Part shown: piece after piece, positions 50,801 through 61,639 of the stretch
Layout of the letters: each line of letters begins with the position of its first letter
Position numbering within the stretch: the stretch's first letter is position 1
Origin: an uncultured Gemmatimonadaceae bacterium
Lineage (GTDB): Bacteria > Gemmatimonadota > Gemmatimonadetes > Gemmatimonadales > Gemmatimonadaceae
Length of the DNA stretch: 64,000 bases
Reading direction: 5' to 3'
Assembly: GCA_963817955.1 (NCBI GenBank)
Contig: CAWFQK010000002.1
Location: forward strand, 768,001 to 832,000
Translations under genes and position numbers: made by a program
Notes under the pieces: model-generated
Told to the model about the DNA's origin: nothing
The model's input: the letters and a program-made list of their open reading frames with translations, nothing else
Database searches by the model: none

Positions 50801-51237
50801 ATGTCCTTGTCGTCCATGTGCGCCACCGTGAAGGGCAGCTTCTTCTGCTCCGTTCCCGCGCTCACGCCTGTGACGACGATTGCCTCCAGGCGGTTCACGT
50901 CCTGCTTGAGGACGAAGTCCGCCGTTTGCGATCCGGCGTGAACGGTGATCGGCTTCGTCTGCGGAACGAAACCGAACGACCGCGAACGCAGCACGACCTG
51001 CTGGCCGGTCACGCGAGCCGCCGGAATGGTGATGGTGTACACGCCTTGGGCGTTCGAACCAACCGAGATGTTCATCTCGGTGATGTAGATGTTCGCGCCC
51101 TCAAGGGGCTGGCCGAAATCCGATGTCACCTTACCGGTGATCACCGCATTCTGCGCCTGGGCTCGTGCCGTAGGCACGGAAAGCAATACGCCGAGCATTG
51201 CGCCGGCTATCGCTCGAGCACGGGTCATAATGGTCAT
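47827..51237 (-). CDS. SusC/RagA family TonB-dependent outer-membrane transporter
   Basis: [69 protein letters not shown]. Confidence 0.93.
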   Translation of the reverse strand: [1136 protein letters not shown]

Positions 51238-51763
51238 CTCGCTCTCTGAAGATGAAAAATGAAGCCTCACTGACCTTCACCTGCCACACGCGTACGACTG
51301 CACCTGCAACCTTCAATTCCAAACAACTGACGTGCTCGTACTACATCGGGTCACGAATGAGCTGCCACACTTTCGGCAGCGCGCCAGCCGACGCGCTGTC
51401 ACACCGCTCAGTGTGGGCGCATCGGCGAAAAAGAACAGGAGATTGTGAACAGACATCGCCCCTGGGGGTTTGGGGCATGCGCAAGAAACCTTCAGCACGG
51501 AGGAACGACCATTCAGGGGATACGTGCGTCTAACTCACGATACGTGATGAACGGTCACATTTGGGACGATCGGCCGGCCCCTGGATGGTTCGAGCCGGAA
51601 TAGGGGGTCCGGAGAACGTAGGTCATGGAACGGCGCGGTGCAAGAGCGCCGGCCCTGTCTGCCCGTGTCGCTTGCGCCGGTTCCCGCCCTCGCCCAGCTT
51701 GACCGTCGGTCTGGATGCCGCTCCAGAGCGCATTCGTATGCGCGCTCGCTCATTGGAAACCAA

Positions 51764-52207
51764 ATGACTCAGCACGACGTTCGGCGCCTCGCACTCCTCG
51801 CACTCCTCTCCGCCATCGGCGGTCCGGGAGCGTGCGCCAGCGCTGGCGCAGCCGCATCGTCCGCGTCGTCCCCGCGCCATGGCGATCGCTCCATGATCAC
51901 CGCCGAGCAGATGCGGGACTTGCCGGTGTCCAGCCTGTACGACGTGGTGCAACGTCTCCACCCGGAATGGTTCACGCAACGCCAGGCAGCCAAGGTCGCC
52001 AAGGCCCCGGGTGCATCAACGAGCGACAACAGCATTCAGGTCTACCTGGGCAGGCAGCACGTGGGGAATACCGACGTGCTCAAGCAAATGTCGCCGAATG
52101 GCACCGCGTCATTGAAGTACTACTCGGCATCTGAAGCGCAGGGCCGATTCGGCAACGGCAATCTGAATGGCGCAATCCAGGTGCTCATGGTTGGCGCGAA
52201 ACCGTAA
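51764..52207 (+). CDS. Small lipoprotein with a TonB plug-like domain
   Basis: PGAC lipobox; ITAEQM, YDVVQRLHPEW, ASEAQGRFG..GAIQV. Confidence 0.6.
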   Translation: MTQHDVRRLALLALLSAIGGPGACASAGAAASSASSPRHGDRSMITAEQMRDLPVSSLYDVVQRLHPEWFTQRQAAKVAKAPGASTSDNSIQVYLGRQHVGNTDVLKQMSPNGTASLKYYSASEAQGRFGNGNLNGAIQVLMVGAKP

Positions 52208-52229
52208 CCGGCGCCACCGTTAGATGGAT

Positions 52230-52261
52230 ACGCACGCTTCCCACGGGGGCGTGCGTTTCTT
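52230..52261 (+). terminator. Intrinsic terminator
   Basis: acgcacgctt-ccca-cgggggcgtgcgt followed by ttctt. Confidence 0.6.
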
Positions 52262-52273
52262 GTGTTGGGATGC

Positions 52274-52302
52274 AAAAGGGCCGGCGCAGTGCCGGCCCTT
52301 TT
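52274..52302. terminator. Bidirectional terminator downstream of atpC
   Basis: aaaagggccggc-gcagt-gccggccctttt. Confidence 0.85.
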
Positions 52303-52324
52303 CACCTTGCCCATACCAGTTCGC

Positions 52325-52573
52325 CTATGCCGCGGACGCCTTCTCCGTGACGACGCGGACGGTGTTGTCCACGACCTGGAGAAAGCCGCCGTCAACGTTG
52401 AACTGCTGTGCGCTCTGCGTGCCGAGGCGCAGCACGCCCTTGCCCAGCAGCGTCATCATCGGCGCATGGCCGGTGAGGATGCCCACTTCGCCGTCGAACG
52501 CCGGAGCGACGACCGAATCCGTCGTACCTTCGTACAGCACCGCTTCCGGCGAGATCACCGTGACTTTGAGCAC
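52325..52573 (-). CDS. atpC: ATP synthase epsilon subunit, short form (beta-sandwich only)
   Basis: VISPE, GEVGILTGHAP, VDGGFLQV. Confidence 0.92.
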   Translation of the reverse strand: MLKVTVISPEAVLYEGTTDSVVAPAFDGEVGILTGHAPMMTLLGKGVLRLGTQSAQQFNVDGGFLQVVDNTVRVVTEKASAA

Positions 52574-52584
52574 GAAGCCTCCGC

Positions 52585-54873
<2,289 letters not shown>

Positions 54874-54881
<8 letters not shown>

Positions 54882-56463
54882 TGCGAGGCGTAGCTCGTGT
54901 CGCCGTCTGCTTGAATGCCTCGATGCCACGTTTGAGATCGGCCTCGAGCTCCTTCGTCAGCACCTTGCCAGTGCGGAGGCCATCGCCCACCTGCGGGTAG
55001 CTCTTCGCCATGAACTCGTGGAAACCCGTCTCCCACGCGCGCACGCCCGCCACCGGTACATCGTCGATGAAGCCGTTGGTCACGGCGTAGATGATCATGA
55101 TCTGCTGCTCGACCGGCATTGGCTGGTACTGGCCCTGCTTGAGCACCTCCACCGTGCGCGCGCCGCGATCGAGCTGGCGGCGTGTGGCAGCGTCCAGATC
55201 CGAGGCGAACGCCGAGAATGCTTCGAGCTCGCGGAACTGCGCGAGGTCGAGACGCAGACGACCGGCCACCGTCTTCATCGCCTTGATCTGCGCGGAACCA
55301 CCGACGCGCGATACCGAAATGCCCGCGTTGATCGCGGGACGAACGCCGGCGAAGAACAGGTCGGACTCGAGGAAGATCTGGCCGTCGGTGATCGAGATGA
55401 CGTTCGTCGGGATGTACGCCGAAACGTCGCCTGCCTGTGTTTCAATGATTGGCAGCGCCGTGAGCGAGCCGCCCGGCTTGAGGATGTTCTTCCCATCCAC
55501 CACGCTCGGGTCTTCGCTCAGCTTGGCGGCGCGCTCGAGCAGGCGCGAGTGGAGATAGAACACGTCGCCCGGGAACGCCTCGCGTCCCGGAGGCCGACGG
55601 AGCACGAGCGAGAGCTGGCGATACGCGGCGGCCTGCTTCGACAGGTCGTCGTAGACGCACAACGTCGGCTTGCCCTCATTGTACATGAAGTACTCGGCCA
55701 TCGAGCAACCCGAGTAGGGTGCGATGTACTGCATTGGAGCCGGATCGGACGCCGACGCGACGACGACGATCGTGTACTCCATCGCGCCCGATTGCTTGAG
55801 GCGCTCAACGACGGAGGCAACGGTGGACGCCTTCTGGCCGATGGCGACGTAGACGCAGATGACGCCCTGGCCCTTCTGGTTGATGATCGTGTCGACCGCC
55901 ACGGCGGTCTTGCCGATGCCGCGGTCGCCGATGATCAGTTCGCGCTGTCCGCGACCGATCGGGATCATGGAATCAATGGCCTTGATGCCCGTCTGCAGCG
56001 GTTCCTTCACCGGCTGGCGGACGATGATACCCGGCGCGCCCGATTCCACCTTGCGGGTGGTGGTGGCGTTGATTTCGCCGGCACCATCGATGGGAAGGCC
56101 CAGCGCATCCACGACCCGGCCGATGAGTTCCGGACCGACCGGCACCTCGAGCACGCGACTGGTGCGGCGAACCTCGTCGCCTTCCTTGAGCTGCAAGTAG
56201 TCACCGAGAACGACGGAGCCGATGTTGTCCTCTTCGAGGTTCAACGCGAGCGCCGTAACCTTATTCCCCGTCTCGGACGACGTGATTTCGAGCATCTCGC
56301 CGGCCATGGCCTTGAGGAGGCCGTAGATGCGGGCAATGCCGTCTTTGACTTCGAGAACGGTGCCTACCTCTTCGACATCGAGCTCGTGGAGGTCGGCGGC
56401 TTCGATCTCGCGAAGGAGAATGTCCTTGATCTCGCCGGGGCGGAGTGTGGTGTCAGTTGCCAT
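54874..56463 (-). CDS. atpA: ATP synthase alpha subunit
   Basis: [35 protein letters not shown]. Confidence 0.98.
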
Positions 56464-56615
56464 CGGTAATAGAAGGAAAGCGGACAGCGTGAAGGGTGTC
56501 TTACCAGCTTGTGAAAAATATCACAAGGAGGGCACCCGCGGCAAGCCGCGCCATTCCCTCCCTGTATGCAACGGATCGGTGGTGCTCGTCGGCCTCGCGG
56601 CCCCATCTTATCCGC

Positions 56616-57011
56616 ATGGCAGGGAGCATGCGGGACCTTAAAATCTGGCAGGAATCCGTGGCCCTCGCCGCCGACGTTGTCCGTTCGGCCCGCCAGAGCG
56701 CCCGGCGTGAGACCAAGGTCATCTCCGACCAGATCATGCTCAGCGCCCTCGCCGCCGCCACCACCATCGCGGACGCCTATGGACGATACACCAACCAGGA
56801 ACAGCGGCAACTGTACCGTGCTGCCAAACGTGAACTCATGCGCTTGGAGACGCAACTCGCTGTCGCGCGCCAAGCCGACCTCATCTCTTCGGCCACCCAC
56901 GCCGACCTCACAAGCCGCATCCAGGGCGTGAGCCGACTGCTGGGCGGGTACCTGGTCTACCTCGAGCGGCAGTTGAGTCAGGAAGCTGAAGCTACTCCGG
57001 GGCGCGGGTAG
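56616..57011 (+). CDS. Four-helix-bundle protein (23S rRNA IVP / bAvd-like family), divergent
   Basis: RDLKIWQES, DQI..SA...IADAYGR, ELMRLETQL; alternative start at 56628. Confidence 0.75.
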   Translation: MAGSMRDLKIWQESVALAADVVRSARQSARRETKVISDQIMLSALAAATTIADAYGRYTNQEQRQLYRAAKRELMRLETQLAVARQADLISSATHADLTSRIQGVSRLLGGYLVYLERQLSQEAEATPGRG

Positions 57012-57036
57012 AGGATCAGGCTGCGGGTAGGGATTG

Positions 57037-57861
57037 TCAGTGCCCCCTACTCCTCCCGTGCCCTTTCACGAACCGCTCGATCAAGTCGACGGTGCGGAGT
57101 CTGGTGAGAGACGTCGGCTTTGTGCCGACGACGCGCATGGTGCTGCTCGACAAATGCGAAGACGACGCGAAACCGAGCACGTTGGCGACGTCGCGCAGAT
57201 CGTAACCGGGGTTCTTCGCCAACTCCGCCGCAGCGACGATGCGAACCAGATCGATGATCCGCTTCAGGTTCGGCGCGCCACCCGCGGCGAACGAGCGGCT
57301 GAGATGTTCGCGCGTCACCTTCAACGCCTGCGCCAGCGCCGACGTCCGCACCGGTCGACCAGCGTGCGACACGATGAACTGCCATGCGTCGTGTTGGAGC
57401 CGTGTGTCGAGTGCCAACGCCTTTGGCGGCGCGTTGAGCGCACGAGCGAAGCGGGTGGAGAAACTGAGGTGCATCACGATATCACGCGCCGCACTATCAT
57501 CCACGCTATCCACGAGCACATCAGCGAATTCGCACCGTGCACACTGTGCGAGCGCCGGTCCTTCGGCGGCGTGCAGCGAAACAAGCCCGAAAAAGGGAAT
57601 GCTCGGGAAATCGCGGGCGCGCGACGCCACGCGCCAGGTGTCTTCCTGCGCACCGCCCACGTCCACCACGGCCGCGTCGACCAGGTTGTCCTTGAACGCC
57701 GCCTCGAAGTCATCGTGTGTGCGCGTCAGCAGCAGGCGCGCCCGTCGCCGCGGGAACGCGGCTTTCATCAGGGTCCGCGCGCGTTCGCGCTGCGCATAGA
57801 CCACAATGGCCGGTGCGCCCGCAGCCAGCGCGGCAGGTGCCGGTGCGCTGGTTTCTGTCAT
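57037..57861 (-). CDS. AraC-type HTH transcriptional regulator
   Basis: LAQALKVTREHLSRSF and VANVLGFASSSHL double HTH. Confidence 0.75.
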   Translation of the reverse strand: MTETSAPAPAALAAGAPAIVVYAQRERARTLMKAAFPRRRARLLLTRTHDDFEAAFKDNLVDAAVVDVGGAQEDTWRVASRARDFPSIPFFGLVSLHAAEGPALAQCARCEFADVLVDSVDDSAARDIVMHLSFSTRFARALNAPPKALALDTRLQHDAWQFIVSHAGRPVRTSALAQALKVTREHLSRSFAAGGAPNLKRIIDLVRIVAAAELAKNPGYDLRDVANVLGFASSSHLSSSTMRVVGTKPTSLTRLRTVDLIERFVKGHGRSRGH

Positions 57862-58304
57862 GCTGACGCCGACGATGCAACGATCATCTCTTGCGCCCGG
57901 CGAAGCACCTCGCGCGCATTGACATAGGAGATCAGCGTCTTCGCCTCTTCAAAAGGCGTCCAGCGACAAGCGGTGATTCCTTCAGCGTGTTGCGGTGATG
58001 TCGACGACTCGACGGTCTCCATCAAAAAGAAGTAGCACACCTTGTGGATGAGTTGACCGCGAAAGCGAAAGAACCAGTCGATCGTCTCGATCGAGCCACG
58101 CACGACCAGTCCAGACAAGCCCGTTTCCTCGGCGACCTCACGGAGGGCAGCCGCTTCCGGCGCCTCACCGTCTTCGAGATGGCCTTTTGGAAAGCCCCAG
58201 TTCTGGTAGCTGTCGCGAATCAATAAGAAGAGCGGCTGCCCGCTGTCGAGGCGAAACACGACACCCCCTGCCGATGTCTCGGCGCGTGCGGTGCCGCGAG
58301 TCAT
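57858..58304 (-). CDS. NUDIX hydrolase
   Basis: PKGHLEDGEAPEAAALREVAEETGL Nudix box. Confidence 0.92.
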   Translation of the reverse strand: MTRGTARAETSAGGVVFRLDSGQPLFLLIRDSYQNWGFPKGHLEDGEAPEAAALREVAEETGLSGLVVRGSIETIDWFFRFRGQLIHKVCYFFLMETVESSTSPQHAEGITACRWTPFEEAKTLISYVNAREVLRRAQEMIVASSASA

Positions 58305-59062
58305 CAGACAGCCTGCTCCGCCGGTTCCGGCTCGATCGTTGGTTTGCCTTCAATGAACTGCCGCACGATAGGGTCGTGCGTGTGCTGGATCTCGCTGACC
58401 GTGCCGACCTGCCGCACGCGGCCCTGATAGAGCATGGCGATGCGCGTGCCGACGGTGTATGCGCTCCGCATGTCGTGCGTGATGACGATGCCCGTCACGC
58501 CGAGCCGGTCGCGCATGCGCACCATGAGCTGATCGATGACGGCACTCGTCACCGGATCGAGTCCAGTGGTCGGCTCATCGTAGAGGATGTACTTGGGGCG
58601 CAACGCGACCGCACGGGCAATGCCGACGCGTTTCCGCATGCCCCCAGACAGCTCGGCCGGAAAGCGATTCTCGACGTTCGGCAAGTCGACGAGATCGAGC
58701 GCTTCGTGTACCCGGGTCTCGATTTCTTTCTCGGTGAGCTCCTGCTGCTTGCGGAGGCCCATGGCCACGTTCTCACCGATGGTGAACGAGTCGAAGAGCG
58801 CCGCGAACTGAAAGACGTAGCCGATGCGGGCGCGGAGCTTGTACAGATCGCGGCGCGACAGCTTGGGCACCTCGAAATCATCGACAATCACCTGGCCTGC
58901 ATCGGGTTCGAGCAAGCCGACGATGTGCTTGATGGCGACAGACTTGCCGCTGCCCGAGTAGCCGATGATGACCATCGTCTCCCCTTCGACGACGTCGAGG
59001 CTGAACCCCTCGAGCACGCTCTTGGGTCCGAATGCTTTATAGATGTCGATGAGGCGGATCAT
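58304..59062 (-). CDS. ABC transporter ATP-binding protein, MlaF/Mkl-like
   Basis: GYSGSGKS, FQFAALFDS, LSGGMRKRVGIAR, YDEPTTGLDP. Confidence 0.9.
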   Translation of the reverse strand: MIRLIDIYKAFGPKSVLEGFSLDVVEGETMVIIGYSGSGKSVAIKHIVGLLEPDAGQVIVDDFEVPKLSRRDLYKLRARIGYVFQFAALFDSFTIGENVAMGLRKQQELTEKEIETRVHEALDLVDLPNVENRFPAELSGGMRKRVGIARAVALRPKYILYDEPTTGLDPVTSAVIDQLMVRMRDRLGVTGIVITHDMRSAYTVGTRIAMLYQGRVRQVGTVSEIQHTHDPIVRQFIEGKPTIEPEPAEQAV

Positions 59063-59224
59063 GGGCGCGAAACGGGATTCGGGACATCAGGATCGACGCG
59101 AGTCACGCGACACGCGACGTCCCCGTTTCAGAAATGTGATCTTGAACGGCGGTCGTGGCTAGGGCGATGGTCACGGTGGGTATACGAAAGAAGAGTCTTC
59201 GGGGAAATGAGTGGGCGAATTGCT

Positions 59225-59628
59225 TGTCATCCTGAGCGACGGCCTGTCATTCTGAGCGAAGCGAAGGATCTCGGTGACCAGTTGAACAGCTTTTAACGCA
59301 GAGGTCGCAGAGCACTGCAAGAGGACGCAGAGAACTGCAGAGAACTATAAGGACCGTGAAGGATTCTCTCGCCTGGAAGTCTTGGCTGACGCCCTCGTGA
59401 CGCTCGGATGGTATCGCCCAGGTCGGGATCATCAACGATATAGGCGGAGTGATTGTGGACTCGGCAATCACGGTTCATTCCACCTACACCCGCTTCCCTC
59501 TGCAGTTCTCTTGCAGTCCTCCTGCAGTTCTCCTGCAGTTCTCTGCGTCCTCTGCGTTAATAGCTGTTCAACTGGTCACCGAGATCCTTCGCTTCGCTCA
59601 GAATGACAGGCCGTCGCTCAGGATGACA
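59225..59628. mobile_element. Non-autonomous fold-back element, copy 2 (inverted relative to copy 1)
   Basis: 95-bp inverted repeats 59225-59319 / 59534-59628 (3 mismatches); core 59351-59500 is 129/150 identical to the reverse complement of 38893-39042. Confidence 0.75.
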
Positions 59629-59667
59629 GCCGCTTCGCCCACCTATTTCCGCGAGGACCCCCGAAAG

Positions 59668-59700
59668 AAAAACGGGGCCGGCATCTCTGCCGGCCCCGTC
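59668..59700 (-). terminator. Intrinsic terminator of the sigma factor gene
   Basis: acggggccggca-tctc-tgccggccccgt followed by a T-run on the minus strand. Confidence 0.85.
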
Positions 59701-59717
59701 TCATGTCTCGTCTGTCG

Positions 59718-60605
59718 TTACGCGGCGAAGCTGCCCAGCGCGCGACCGACGTCGCCCTCGCGGAGGCGCTTGAGTGCGCGGTCGCGAAGCTGGCGGACGC
59801 GTTCCCGCGTGACGCCGAGCATCGAGCCGATTTCCTCGAGTGTGTGCTCACGACCACCCTCGAGGCCGAAGTAGAGCCGAAGGACCTTTGCGTCGCGTGG
59901 CGGGAGCGTGCTGAGAGCCTGCTCGATCTCGTCGGTGAGGAACCGGTTCATGGCTTCCTCTTCGGTATCGGGCATCTCGTCGGCAACGAACCGCTCGATG
60001 AGCGACCGATCGCCTTCCGGATCCATTGGCGCGTCGAGGCGCACGTCGCTCGTGTTGAGCGCCGCGAGCGACTGCACGACGTCCACCGACAGACCGGTGA
60101 GCTGCGAGAGCTCCTCCGGGCTGGGCTCGCGATTCAGCTTCTGGCGCAGGATTTCCGACGCCTTGATGATTCTCGAAAGATCCGCAGTGCGGTTCAGTGG
60201 CACACGGACGGTGCGACCCTGGCGCGCCAGCGCCGACAGAATGGCCTGCCGAATCCACCATACGGCGTACGAAATGAACTTGACGCCCTGGTCGGGATCG
60301 AACTTCCTGGCAGCCGTCAACAAGCCGACGTTGCCCTCACCAATGAGATCGATGAGCGGCAATCCGCGGTTCTGATACTTTTTGGCAACGGAGATGACGA
60401 AACGCAGGTTGCGCTTGACGAGCTCCTGGAGGGCGTCTTGATCGCCAGCGCGAATCTTCTTCGCCAAGTCGATCTCTTCGGTTCCCTTGAGGAGGGGATA
60501 CGTGCTCACCTCGTAGAGGTACTGGTCGAGAATATCTCGCTCCGGTTCGTTCGGCGCGATTCCGGCTGGAGCCGCGCGGCGGCGACGGCGCTTGAGTTCG
60601 GTCAT
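59718..60605 (-). CDS. RNA polymerase sigma-70 factor, RpoD/SigA-like but lacking region 1.1
   Basis: NLRFVISVAKKY, DLIGEGNVGL, KFISYAVWWIRQAI, TLEEIG..LGVTRERVRQ; 295 aa. Confidence 0.93.
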   Translation of the reverse strand: MTELKRRRRRAAPAGIAPNEPERDILDQYLYEVSTYPLLKGTEEIDLAKKIRAGDQDALQELVKRNLRFVISVAKKYQNRGLPLIDLIGEGNVGLLTAARKFDPDQGVKFISYAVWWIRQAILSALARQGRTVRVPLNRTADLSRIIKASEILRQKLNREPSPEELSQLTGLSVDVVQSLAALNTSDVRLDAPMDPEGDRSLIERFVADEMPDTEEEAMNRFLTDEIEQALSTLPPRDAKVLRLYFGLEGGREHTLEEIGSMLGVTRERVRQLRDRALKRLREGDVGRALGSFAA

Positions 60606-60796
60606 GGTGCTGTTTGCCTCGGCGCTAAGGGCGCGTTGGAGTCGTCATCTATAAAGCGGCGGTCACAGTCCAGGCACCGCGTCGCTACGGGAATGTTGCT
60701 GTGCGCGGCGTTTATTGCCTCGCAGCGCCTTCGACGCGAGTCGCTCGAAGGCGCTGCAAAATACCGGCCTGTCAGATTTTCGCCAGTCCCAATTCG

Positions 60797-60825
60797 TTGA
60801 CACTCGGTATACCCTCGGCTATACT
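60797..60825 (+). promoter_or_regulatory. Sigma-70 promoter of the tRNA cluster
   Basis: TTGACA-17 nt-TATACT. Confidence 0.85.
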
Positions 60826-60868
60826 TGGGGGTTCCTGGCGGCTAGGGTTGGCAGTAGCGTTGGGACGA

Positions 60869-60941
<73 letters not shown>

Positions 60942-61048
60942 TGGCGTGGCAGTTGGGTGTTGGGCGCCGCGTCGAATTACCTCGGAAGCTTGCCGGCACG
61001 GGTCGTGGGCGAGACCGTCGCCTTCCGAGTTCCGGTTTGACATGAGTT

Positions 61049-61121
61049 GCGGGAATAGCTCAGTTGGTAGAGCACAACCTTGCCAAGGTTGGGGTCGCGG
61101 GTTCGAGTCCCGTTTCCCGCT
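61049..61121 (+). tRNA. tRNA-Gly(GCC)
   Basis: Acceptor GCGGGAA/TTCCCGC; anticodon loop CTGCCAA region; TTCGAG T-loop. Confidence 0.97.
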
Positions 61122-61126
61122 TTGTT

Positions 61127-61200
61127 GGGCGGTTAGCTCAGTTGGTTAGAGCGCCACGTTGACATCGTGGAGGTCACAAGTTCGAGTCTTGTACCGCCCA
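61127..61200 (+). tRNA. tRNA-Val(GAC)
   Basis: Anticodon arm CCACG-TTGACAT-CGTGG. Confidence 0.97.
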
Positions 61201-61202
61201 TT

Positions 61203-61230
61203 ACCCTGCGGGTTGACCGCGGGGTTTTTT
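61203..61230 (+). terminator. Intrinsic terminator after tRNA-Val
   Basis: accctgcgg-gttga-ccgcggggt followed by a T-run. Confidence 0.8.
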
Positions 61231-61298
61231 GTGGGGAGTGTTCGCCGATCAGTTTCCGAATGTTGCTGGTTTCAGCAGCGAAGAACAGCTCGCTGACC

Positions 61299-61327
61299 TT
61301 GACTCAAGTTTCACTCGGAAATAGCTT
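61299..61327 (+). promoter_or_regulatory. Candidate sigma-70 promoter for tRNA-Arg and tRNA-Pro
   Basis: TTGACT-17 nt-TAGCTT. Confidence 0.55.
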
Positions 61328-61404
61328 TGCGGTCTGTACGCGAATCACTGAACATGTGATCTTCGTATGGCGCTCTCAGCCGCTTCGGCGGCAGTCGTGA
61401 TCAG

Positions 61405-61478
61405 GCGCCCATAGCTCAATTGGATAGAGCATCTGACTACGGATCAGAAGGTTGGAGGTTCGAGTCCTTCTGGGCGCG
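61405..61478 (+). tRNA. tRNA-Arg(ACG)
   Basis: Anticodon arm TCTGA-CTACGGA-TCAGA. Confidence 0.97.
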
Positions 61479-61517
61479 TCCGTAAATGACAGTACGTTGC
61501 TGAGTGATGAGGTTCGG

Positions 61518-61591
61518 CGGGGCGTAGCTTAGCCCGGTAGAGCGCCTGCTTCGGGAGCAGGAGGTCGCTGGTTCGAATCCAGTCGCCCCGA
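61518..61591 (+). tRNA. tRNA-Pro(CGG)
   Basis: Acceptor CGGGGCG/CGCCCCG; anticodon arm CCTGC-TTCGGGA-GCAGG. Confidence 0.97.
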
Positions 61592-61600
61592 CTCATAGAT

Positions 61601-61639
61601 AAAACGGTCACGTCGTGATTTTACGACGTGACCGTTTTT
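61601..61639. terminator. Bidirectional terminator between tRNA-Pro and the kinase gene
   Basis: aaaacggtcacgtcgt-gatttt-acgacgtgaccgtttt. Confidence 0.85.

Noticed and set aside
56616..57011. Diversity-generating retroelement around the Avd-like gene
   Set aside because: No reverse transcriptase in the window. The differences between the two 150-nt cores and between the 294-bp arms are not adenine-specific, so they are not TR/VR pairs
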